Source of the DNA: Utricularia gibba
Lineage: Eukaryota > Plantae > Magnoliophyta
Length of the DNA: 64,000 nt
Reading direction: 5' to 3'
NCBI GenBank assembly: GCA_002189035.1
Contig: NEEC01000013.1
Coordinates: 1,860,001 to 1,924,000 of the forward strand
The notes beneath the pieces were generated by a model. That model was not told the DNA's origin. It made no database searches and saw only the letters and a list, made by a program, of their open reading frames with translations. Of this stretch, positions 13,204 to 23,991 are shown one piece after another (the first letter of the stretch is position 1; each line of letters opens with the position of its first letter). A program made the position numbers and the translations under genes.

Positions 13204-14757
13204 GTCTGCGCCCCCAAGAGTTTCCTCGTCTGTCGCTACCTTAACTTTCTCTGTCCTTTTCCTTTTATCAAACAAATTAGGGTTTCGGAGAAGTTGAAGG
13301 TAGAAGATCATCATCATGCACTAAATTAATATAAATTATATTAAATTTAGATAATTATATTTTTCAAATTTAACTTTCAATTTAATCAAAAGAAGCTTAA
13401 AAGATGAAAATTGAAGATTTAAAATATAATATTAAAAGTGAAATGGAAATGGATGAGTGGGTGATGGAATGAAGGTCATTTTCCCGGTCCGTCCTGGGAC
13501 ACTCACCGACATGCGTCATGGGCCTAGTCACCGGCCCATTTATACGCGCCAACTGATTTACTAGTTTGTACATGGAGCTGTTGTTGTGGCACTCCAAAAA
13601 AAAAAATCCAAAACTCGAAAGCTATAAAATTCATTTATTTTTTGTCTTTGATTCAATAATTATTATAAATAGTATTTACCGAATTTTTTTAAAAATGATG
13701 ATTAAATTCAAAAATAGATTTAATTTTGATGTGCTGTTGTACAAGGTAATAGGAATCTAGCCACGTCACCAAAACGTGGCGCTTCGGACAGCTGAGGTGC
13801 CATCCGGTGGATCACTCAGACAGCCACTTCCCGCTCTCGGGTTTCAGCGCAGCCAATCAGAATCGAACGCCCACCGGAAACGGATTGGTCCAAATCCCAC
13901 CAAAAAAAAAAAAAAAGCAGACGATCTTATCCGTTGAAGCTGCACCGGCGACACGACTTTATTACCAAGAAAATATTATAATATTTAATATAATGGACAC
14001 TGGAATGGCTATTATTTCACTATAGCAAATAATTCGTTCCCCACCTTGTACCTCCATATCTAACCATGCCCTCACATTAAACCAATATTTTTAATTTTTA
14101 TTCAAAATTAAAATGCGCCGCCACAAACATACCATAGCATATGGTATCTATATCTAAGTTTTTAATCTTGAATTGGTTTGGCAAAATAATCCCCAGAAAT
14201 TGGTAAGAGTATATTTGATAATATAATATAAAAGATTTATATCTAAATTTATATATAAATCGTTATTTAATTAACTAGAATATATATATATATATATGTT
14301 GAGTATATGAATAATATAGAAAGGAAGATTAATCATATTTATTTTCTAGAATATCAAACGTTATATATAATTTGGTATCTAAATATACTAATACTATACT
14401 ATTAAATAATATCTAAGTGGTATGGATTAGGATAAGATCATTTGACGCAGAAGTCATTAGTATCTAATGTGATTCAAAACACTAGGGGAAGAAAGTATTA
14501 GTGAGGGTAAGCAACAATTAGATGGACAATGGAATCGTCATTAAAGGGGCATTTATGATTATTTTATAATTTTTTTAAATTTCCCCTCTGACCTAAACGC
14601 CCTTTGGAAGCCCTAGTCTCCTACAAGAGGATGAAGTGGCCACACTACCCATAGCTTCAAACTTATGATGCAATATTAGTTGAATCCCATTCATTGGAAA
14701 AAAAAATGAGAAATTACATCAATTTGATTGAAATTTGTAATAACAAGCATCCCCCAA

Positions 14758-15230
14758 GTAATCGAATCGTACATATTTTTGTAATGCAAATTACTCGTAT
14801 CTGAATTACGATCCATATGTATGTTTATGCATAAACGAATTCGTTGTTCCTAATCACACAATAGGTTATGAAGGTGAATGAGATAAAATATTTATACATA
14901 ATGATTATTCTAATTTTTATTTTTTTTTATATTGAAGATGATAATATATAATAATGAAAATTAATTACACAAAGTAGACAATATAATATAAGTGATATCG
15001 TTTTATTTAGTGTCAAATGAGCTTTATAATATAATCTAATTGCACATGTTTTTTTATAAGGTGGATTACTTGCATTAAAACCATGATTCATACATAACGT
15101 ATATACTAATTCGTTGTTCCAAACTTCTATTTTCTACATCTAATACGTAGAAAGAGTATTCATGTAATCGAATCGTAGATGTTTTATAATACGGATTACT
15201 TGGATCTTAACCATGATTTATGCAGACACA
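14758..15230. repeat. Degenerate dispersed direct repeats in AT-rich intergenic DNA (probable TE relic)
   Basis: GTAATCGAATCGTA at 14758 and 15164; AATTCGTTGTTCC twice; GGATTACTTG..TTAA(A)ACCATGATT twice. Confidence 0.5.
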
Positions 15231-15853
15231 GTGTCCCTAAATTCAACTCCTCTATGTCTCATATGTTGAATGAATAGTCAATTGTCACACTTTGAAAAGC
15301 TTGTTTATTTATTTATTTATTTTGATCAGTATTGAAAAGCTTGTTTATTATTTTATACTTGATTAAAAAAGATAATTATAATATTATATTATTATAATAA
15401 ATAGGTATTGGGTGCGCAATAAGAATGTCTATTTGTACATTAATTCTGTGGAAATACGATGCCTCTTGAATAATTAAATGCATTAGAGGCATTTAATTAT
15501 CGTAATTAAAGTTAAGTAAATGTGAATTTCTGGTTTTCTTCTTCTTCTTATACCCACCCACCCGTTTCTGTGCACCTGCCTCCTCCTGTGTGTATCTGCA
15601 GTTGCAATCTCCGGTCTGCGGATTTTTTTACCTCGTTCGTGGTTTGGGTTGCTGAGAAATTTGTTGGAGATCATCGATTTCGTATAAGGGTTTTTGATCG
15701 GCAGGGTTTGCTATTGATAATGAGTGGGATTTTTTTATAATTTGCAACGAATCTCTGTGTTTAAAAAAAGGGTTTTCTGAGGTTTGACTGTGGGTGTTTG
15801 TGGATGAACAAATCAATTTTATAGATCAGGGTTTGGGTTTTTGTTACAAGAGG

Positions 15854-17608
15854 ATGTTGGGGGCAGGATTGCAGTTTAATAGGAGTAGAAACGGAGAAGG
15901 ACGATTTTACCGGGCGGCGAGGGCCAGGGTGAGCCAAGATTCTTTGCGCCGAGCTAAGAGTGACCTGACATCAAGCCGTTCGCGGAGTAGCTCTGTTGAT
16001 TCTTTACCGGAAAAGTGCAAAAACGGAATTGGTGCTACAGCGCCTGCATCGGAAACTCCGTCCACCTGTAATCTTGAAAGGTTTTTGGAGTCAGTCACTC
16101 CTTCGGTACCGGCACAACAGTTATCAAAGGTTCACAGCACAGCAGCTTCATATGTTTTTCAAGCAGCTTTTCAGTGAATATATCATTTATCGAGAAAATT
16201 CAGTTACTGATGTTCTTTTCACCCATATCTTTTGATGCAGATGACGTTGAAGAACTGGAAGGCAAGAGATCTGGAAGCACAATCATATTTCATGCTGAGT
16301 GATCTATGGGAATCATTCAAGGAATGGAGCGCTTATGGCGTGGGAGTGCCTTTGGTTTTAAACGATCGTGATGGTGTTGTTCAATACTACGTTCCTTACC
16401 TCTCCGCCATTCAGTTTTACAGTGACCCATCAAAGAATGGAGATGCATTAAGGTCTTATTTCCCTTTCATCATTTAGTTCTCTTGGAAAATTTTACGAAC
16501 AAAAGCAGAGTGGGGTTCGTGGGTAGAACCTTCTGTGTTCACATCAATCCTTCTCAGTTCTAAAATTCTTTTGTTTGTTTCAACTTCTCCTCTGTGTCTG
16601 CTGAAGTTTCTCGACTTGAAAATTTAATATTGACGGGGATGACAGAGTTTTGCTGTATAATAATCCTCAGTTGTTGTATGATGATAGGCGACTTGGTGAT
16701 GACAGCGATGGCGACTATAGGGACTCGAGTAGCGATGGAAGCAGTGACAGTGAACTGGAGAGGGTTGGCTTGAATTTCTCTGATAAGAAACTGGGAGATC
16801 CGCATACGGGTTTTCAAGAAGGCTTTTCTAGTGACGAGGGCGAGTCTGGAAGCTCACCGGGGCCTTTGTCATTCAGTTATGTTGAACGAGACCCTCCATA
16901 TTGCCGAGAGCCTCTGGCGAACAAGGTATAGTTTCACATTCACTGCATCTTTTCGTAAGGTTCAATATGCCCTGATACAGAATTCAACCCTGAACAGATA
17001 TCTGATCTTGCAAAACGTTTCCCAGAGTTAACAACTCTAAGGAGTTGTGATGTACTCCCTTCGAGTTGGATTTCCATTGCATGGTAATCACAAGCTTGGT
17101 TGTTTCTTAACTTTATGCTTTGCTCGTTTTTGGAAATAAAGCAGTGTTCTTTTGGTTTGATTCCTGTTGAGCCAGGAAAGTGGTAGCATATTACTAACTT
17201 GTAATACAACAATTCAGGTATCCGATTTATAGAATACCCACAGGGCCAACTCTGAGGGATCTCGATGCTTGCTTCTTGACTTTCCATTCTCTTCACACAC
17301 CGGCAACATCAGGTATGTTTACCGAGATTCATCTTTGCAGTGGAGTGCATTGCATCGAAGTGATATTCTGCGTCTACACAGGATGCGAAGCTGCGGCTTC
17401 TCCAACTCCCCTTCGTCTACACAGTGGGGTTCCAAGAATATCGCTTACGGTGTTTGGTCTTGCAGCCTACAAGTACAAGGCATCCCTTTGGACCCCAAGC
17501 TCAGGACATAAACACGAGAAGGCAAACACCCTTTTCCAAGCTGCCGAGAACTGGCTGAATCAGCTCCAGGTCCATCACCCTGATTTCGCTTTCTTCTCTC
17601 GCCGGTAG
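15854..17608 (+). CDS. DUF789 family protein
   Basis: MLGAGLQFNRSRNGEGRFY; CNLERFLESVTPSVPAQQLSK; LSDLWESFKEWSAYGVGVPLVLN..VVQYYVPYLSAIQ; ERDPPYCREPLA; WYPIYRIPTG; C-terminal WLNQLQVHHPDFAFF. Confidence 0.92.
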
Positions 17609-18171
17609 TTGAGTCCACCTTCCTTCCTTCCCCGTTTCTTAAGCTCTCTGCGAGGTTGTCGAGCATCTCCTGGCGGAAGAGAAATGCTCATTATCGCATT
17701 TGAGGGGATAGCATCCTGGCAGATTAGCTGTAGCTACTCATATGAGGTCTAGGATCATGTTTTCCTTCGTGGATGTGCATCACTGCGCTGTACTATATAT
17801 ACATCTGTATTTGTAGAGTAACTTCTCGTGCTAAGGTTACCAGTTTTGCTGCGTGTTTCTATCCGTTCCTTGGTCATATCCCTGCGTTGGATTCGAAACT
17901 TGATGACAGACACCTGCACTCCACATTTCTGCTAATCTGCTTCTGATGCAGCAGATGCAGTTCCCGTGTAGATGGAATGGAGCTTTCTTTTTGAAAACAC
18001 CAATCTTTCCTTTACTGTTCGTTGATTCTTCTTCCTGAAGGCCCACCCATCACACTGCCAAGATATGTATGCATCTGCGTTCCCCCACCATCCTTATCCT
18101 CGCATAAACAAAACGACAAGGAAGAGAAGGAGAATCCGATACGGTTTTCGATTTTCACTCCCTTGTTGACT

Positions 18172-18366
18172 ATGGCCAGACACGACGGAGGGATGCCGAT
18201 GCCGACGGAGTTACTGGTGTGGGCTGCTTGCAGATCCCTTTTACTGATCGCCGCGATCGTGTCCCTTTGTGCTGATGGCGCCCCCAGCTCTCCGACCAAG
18301 GCGACAACGGAGTCCCACGAAACGTACGTTGGTAGCGCGTGCGCCGCCGCGGCTTGTGGTGGTTGA
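18172..18366 (+). CDS. Small (64 aa) single-TM protein with SLCADG motif and C-terminal CAAAACGG tail, unknown function
   Basis: ATG in good context (CTATGG); hydrophobic stretch LLVWAACRSLLLIAAIVSLC; resembles a recurring plant small-protein pattern (..IFSCADG....CAAGCGAACGG) recalled from memory. Confidence 0.65.
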   Translation: MARHDGGMPMPTELLVWAACRSLLLIAAIVSLCADGAPSSPTKATTESHETYVGSACAAAACGG

Positions 18367-18811
18367 CCGGGAAATTGAGAAGAAGAAGGGCACGGCTGCA
18401 CGGAATTCGCCGGCCCGAAACGTTAGCTCCTGGTGATGCTAATGGGCCGGGAAAAGATGACGTTGCAGGCCCATATCAGGCCCGTATTCTTTAATCCAAT
18501 TCCTTTCCATTTTCGTCTACGAACAAATTGTCATAAAAAAAAACCAGGATTTATTGATTATTAAATAAAACATTTTCTTTTTCCATTTTTTTTAATAGAA
18601 ACCGACAGTGACCACACCTTGGTAAGAAAAAGAAAAAACAAAGCTATCGACTGCTGTTGCTGACGAGGTTGAAATAGACCCTACACCTAAGATGATGATG
18701 CTTAAAGGCTTAACCACCGAAGCCAATGTCTCCCCGAAATGAGATTCCAAAAGCAAAAGGCGTACCAGAAAAAGGGGCTCACGGGGGGCGTTAGATTCCA
18801 GCAACCCCTCC

Positions 18812-18837
18812 GCAGCAGCAGCAGCAGCAGCAGCAGC
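18812..18837. repeat. (CAG)n microsatellite
   Basis: About 8 tandem GCA/CAG units. Confidence 0.85.
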
Positions 18838-19212
18838 TGGGGACCGTGACTTTGTGTGTTGGGTGGACGCCTGGGCGTCGTCAATGATTAGACAGACTTC
18901 TGCAACTCTGACTTGCTGCCATGGGATGGGATGGGTTTGGCTTCAATGCACTAGAAGTTGAAGAGGGGAACTGAACTGAAAGTAACAGGAACAGTATAGT
19001 ACTGGATTGAATTGAATTGAATGGGGAGAGTGACGACCGGTGCAGCGGGGAGACATGTAGGCCAAGGAAGCAGATAGGGAAAGGACAGGGGGAAAGGAAG
19101 GAGGAGATGGGGACATCTTCGACTTTTTAAGGGAGTTTAATTCTCCCACAATCCCAGTCTTGCTCTTGTATCCCCTTTTCAAAATCTCCCTTTAGCTGTG
19201 GTATCATCCACC

Positions 19213-20607
19213 ATGTCTCAATCTGCCGCGGAGAGCGGGCACAGGAGGAGTAGGAAACCGGAGAGGGCTCCAGGGTGGGTGCCTAAATCTGATGGCGGAA
19301 ATGGGAATGTGAAAAGTTGTGGAGGAAGGAAGGGATTTGTTTTTCTGAGTTTCAAAGGGATGGGATGCCGGAGCATCTCAATGCATCCATCCACTCAGGG
19401 GATTATCCGATCTGCAGCTGAGTGGGAAGGGAAAGGAGGTTCCAAGAGGGCAGGGAGCCAGAGGAGGAACAAAGGAATGAGAGATCCTGTAAATGTTGCA
19501 GTTGATGTTCCTGATGTGTGCTGTGCTCCTCCCGGGATTGGCTTTTCTTCTCATTTCCCCACGAGGATCAAGAACCTCCCATTTCCTAGAAACGATCGAG
19601 TGAAGGTTCTGGATTCCCCTTTGTCGTCCATCACTGAATACTGCAAAAAAGAAAAAAAACGTTTCAATGAACAGACTAACTCGGTTTTCTTGCATTCCTC
19701 AGCACTCTGGTGAAGCAGCTACGAGAACTGGGAATGGCCCAAAAGATGAGGATCAATTTGCAGATGAGATTATTGAGGTTAAATTTTAGCCCCGATAGAC
19801 TTCTACTTCTCTTATCTGTAAAGAAACAAACTTTACATGAAAATCCACTTACAGATGATGGTGTCCCAGCAAACTCTGCTTACAGGGACGAGAATCTCCC
19901 ATGACCAATTATGGGCTCCAGATGATGAGACTGGACTTCGCTTTGAACGCTCATTCGGGAGGAGGCACCTCTCCAATCTCAATTCCTTTACGAGGGTTCA
20001 CCCTCTAATTTACTTTCTTCCTATTCCGTTCCTTACTGCTTGAACTTCGTCGTTCTTGCTTGATTGTCATTATCAGGGTCCCTAGCAGTCTCCGGGAGCT
20101 TGATCCATACCATGACTGGAGACTGGATGTCGACGACATGTCTTATGAGGTTCCCTCGATGTTTCCCAGAAGAAAGAAAGAGATCTATCTCATAAGTGAC
20201 CTGAATTTAATACTAACTTGAAGTTATATTGGCAAATGCAACAGGAGCTGCTTAATTTGGGAGACAGGATTGGATATGTGGGCACCGGATTGCAAGAAGA
20301 AGAGATACCTGGATGCCTTAGGATTAAATGGCGTTTCAACGATGATCTTCCTGCTCCATTGGCTGCCAATGATGCTCAAGGAGAATGGAAATGCAGCATC
20401 TGTCAGGTGAAATCCTATAGATATAATCGGAATGACTATACATCTAAGATCTTTTTTCTCACGCAGGAGAAATATGCAAGCAATAATGAGATAGGGGTGT
20501 TGGGATGTGGGCACCATCACCATGTCGATTGCATAAAGCAGTGGCTCCTGAAGAAGAATTCATGTCCCATATGCAAGTCTGCGGCTATGCAGCGAAAATC
20601 TGGCTAG
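19213..20607 (+). CDS. RING-H2 E3 ubiquitin ligase (MBR/HIP1-like C-terminal RING)
   Basis: SFKGMGCRS..IIRSAAEWEGK and DVCCAPPGIGFS N-terminal motifs; DWRLDVDDMSYE/ELLNLGDRIGYVGTGL; RING-H2 CSICQEKY..LGCGHHHHVDCIKQWLLKKNSCPICK. Confidence 0.88.
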
Positions 20608-21282
20608 CTGTCGCACTTCAATCTGAAAATTCTGTAATAAATTCTCGAGTTGCTACTACATAAATCCAATCGGGCAAATGTAGTGTCCCACTCCATCCAT
20701 CTACGAACTTCAATCAAGATAATATAACGACGAAACTCATAATTGGCTCCATATGGATCAAAACACGTGATCAAAAAACAGGAGACTTGCATTTTCTGCA
20801 TCATGAACGCTTACCATGACAGGTCGGAAAATTTCCAAACAGCAGGAGATTTTCCAGCGGTAAAAAGTGGAAGCGACGCCGTGAATCGCCGGGATTAGAT
20901 AAAGAATCGCGATTTCGCAACCGAATCAAACCAAAAAAAGAACCATGAAAATGAAAATGAGAACGAGAACGAGAGGGATGGCAAAACAGGGGCTGCTTTG
21001 TTATTAAGTCACAAAGGGCTGAAAGGCCCATTAAGGCGTCGGCCCATGAGCGTCGTCCAAATGCCTGGAGAGGAACCAAGCAAATATCCCAGTTATTGGG
21101 CATTATATACACCATAGCATGTCATTTTTGCTCACAGAAGAGTCCTGTCTGCTGTCATCAAACTTTCTGCAAACAAACCCACAAAGAGATATGCACCATC
21201 TGAATCATCTGATGCTGTAACATAGTAACAATGTATCCACGGCGGCGCACGGCGTTGCTCGGCCGGTAGGGAAGAAGAAACA

Positions 21283-22893
21283 TCAGAGGGTGCTTGTGTC
21301 GACACGGCTCTTGTGGAGCTGAAATGCTGGTGTAACCCAACTCCCACAACTGCACTGGATCCCGGACCAGTTGAAGTAGCCGAGGCGCCCTTCACAGTGG
21401 AGGCAGTTGAGCTTTCCCTCCAGAGCACCCTCCTTCACTAAGGTTCAGAAAGATGACCAAAGAAAGATCATTATAACTTTGCATCAGCAATGTTGTTTAT
21501 ATTACCGCATGATAAAGAAATGATGAGGAAGAATCATCGTACCTGCTGTCATCCAAATAAGGGGCTCAATAAATATGGATGTGCACTCATCATCATCATC
21601 CCATCTGCTGAAGCGACTGCCGCTTCTCCTTTTGTGCCACTCAAAGCATGATTCGCCCTCCCGGGAACATGATCCAACACATTTTGCTTCAAAGCAACCA
21701 GCCTGCGACATTTTTTGCAGCGGTATGCTTTTGTTGGAGATACTTCATTATTTGAAGCCACAGTTGCAGTAGGCAGAGCAGGGTCAGCACCAAACTTTGA
21801 GTGATCGATTTTTTCTCCACGGTTGTATGAATCACCTGCGTTTTAGAGCAGGCGGGTAAAAGAAATAATTGTAAACGGTCTTGAGCAAGAGTAAAACGTA
21901 AACAATGGACTACTCTATGCCAAATGTCACAGAATTCATACGGATACTTTGTAGCAAATGATACTATAATCTTACCAAGAGATTTCAAGTAGAAGCGCTT
22001 GTATATGGGGCTTGCATTGTCAACTTTAAACCCCATTTTCTCAAACATTTTCAGCTGAAAAATAAGTTCAATATATCAGAACATAATCCCAGAGATCACA
22101 GTTATGGTGTATGTAAGCCTGTGTAAGTGGACCAAGGCACATTACCTGTTCAAGGAAACCATCATTCGGGCAAACAGTCTCACAACTCTGCCTCAAAGAC
22201 TCAATGGCATCTACCAATACATATTAGAGCAAAAGGTGCATAGACGTAGAGATGAAAAAAAGCAAAAACCAGTGATCCAAAGGTCTACCTTCTTGAGATA
22301 GCTGTTCACTTCTCATCAGGTATGCTGTAACAATTGAGGCACTGTAAAAAGCAAAACAAACAAGTGCCAGATGATGCTCCAGTGAATCATAAGTAATAAG
22401 CTATCAATCCTGAAAGCATGGGCGATAATAAAGCAGAAACACTGAAGGAACTATTTAGAACATGCCTCCTCGAGACACCAGCAAAACAGTGAACCAATAT
22501 CGATCCCTCCTTTCTGCTATTTTCAATGAAGTCCAAACAGACTTCCAAGTAGTCCAGCAAATCTTCAGATTCCATATCTCTCAGAGGCACAGCCATCCTT
22601 AAAAATTTCAAGTCTTTTCCTGCATACTCCAGAGAGTACAGGAGCTTATCTGGCTGCAAGGCCATCTTAGACCCATCACCATAAACATCCACACTTCTAG
22701 ATTCCCCAGCATATACTTTACGGATTTCTTTGCTTGGTATTGAGAGCCCTGCACGCCACTCCGAGAAGAAGGAAATGGATTCTGAGCTCAGAAGCGATAG
22801 CATATGTGTGATCTCATCACTCCCATTCTGTAAAACCTCTGCAGCATCGGTGATGTTTCCAATGAACAAATGCTCGCGTACTAGGTATGGCAT
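21283..22893 (-). CDS. Dual-specificity phosphatase DUSP12/Yvh1-like with C-terminal zinc-binding domain
   Basis: MPYLVREHLFIGN; catalytic HCFAGVSRS (completed across a GC-AG intron); YRCKKCRRLVA; CTSIFIEPLIWM; LGYFNWSGIQCSCGSWVTPAFQLHKSRVD. Confidence 0.92.
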
Positions 22894-23836
22894 TTCAACT
22901 CGATCTGGGGGCGCCTATCCACAACAACATAAACTAACATAATTGGCAACAGATAACAATAAACCCACAATGTAAACAACAACGCGAATTGGCAAAAGAA
23001 TAACAGTTCTCCTAAGTTCTTCATACTTCACATGATACAAAAGCTACAGCCGTTTGGTTCCCTAAATTACAAAAGAGTCAATTTTCTTTCATCATCCCAA
23101 GATGCTACTCCCCTGACCTCGGCGATCACACCACCCCTTAAAAAAAAAAAACAAAAAAAACAAAACAAAACAACCATAGCAGCCCACTCAAACAAGTCGT
23201 GCATACGAATCACAGCATCATCATAACAGTTCAAAAAATCCGAGTACGCCTCAAGGATTACAAAGCTATACCCTGACGTAAACTCGAATATCGAAGCGCC
23301 GAAATAGTGCTGAGGATCACACAAAATGACCTGCTTGGTGGCAGAAAAGGGATTAGGGACCCGCTTTCCCTATCCCCAACTGCAGCAAGCCTCATTTCTC
23401 AGACCGAATTACATGTAAAAACGTCACACGTGCCGAAATTTTTCTTCGGCGCAGGCGCGCGTGTCCGTGTATGTGTGACTGTGAGTGAGTGTGTGTGTGA
23501 TTTTTTTTGGAGGAGTAGAAACTGAAAAGTTGCACACTCGGTTGAAGAAACCCACAGTCTGAAGGTAAAATAAGAGAACATGGAGGAAGCATCGAATTTT
23601 AAATTAGATTTTCGGTTTCGTCATTACACGAAGTTGGAAGAGCTGAAAATTCGAACGCCTACCGGAGAATGGTTGTGAAAGTCTGAGGCGGCGTAAGGCG
23701 GCCGCGGCGGCTTGAATCGCCGGAGTTTGAATAAAAAAACAAAGTCGAGGCCAAGCCGGGGCAAGAGATGAAAGAAGTAACCAAGTATACTTCTGCGTGC
23801 CATTAAAAAAAGAACGTACTTCTGTGAAATTTGGAG

Positions 23837-23893
23837 TGGGCCAACCCCAAGCTGAAAGCCCATTAAGAATGGCTTTACTTATGACCCAGCCCA
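23837..23893. promoter_or_regulatory. Site II (TGGGCY) cluster in the divergent DUSP12-like / ELP2 promoter
   Basis: TGGGCC at 23837; AGCCCA at 23857 and 23888. Confidence 0.55.
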
Positions 23894-23991
23894 TTAATGT
23901 ATCTCAGCCTCAGCGTAAACCTCACCGCCGAATGCCGATCGTCTGAAACGCCGTGAAGACTCAGGCTGACGTTGTTTGTGCGTAGAGGGTG

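Noticed and set aside
23067-23324. 85-aa minus-strand ORF upstream of the DUSP12-like gene
   Set aside because: It runs through leader/intron-like T-rich sequence with no motif, so it cannot be supported as a gene or conserved uORF.
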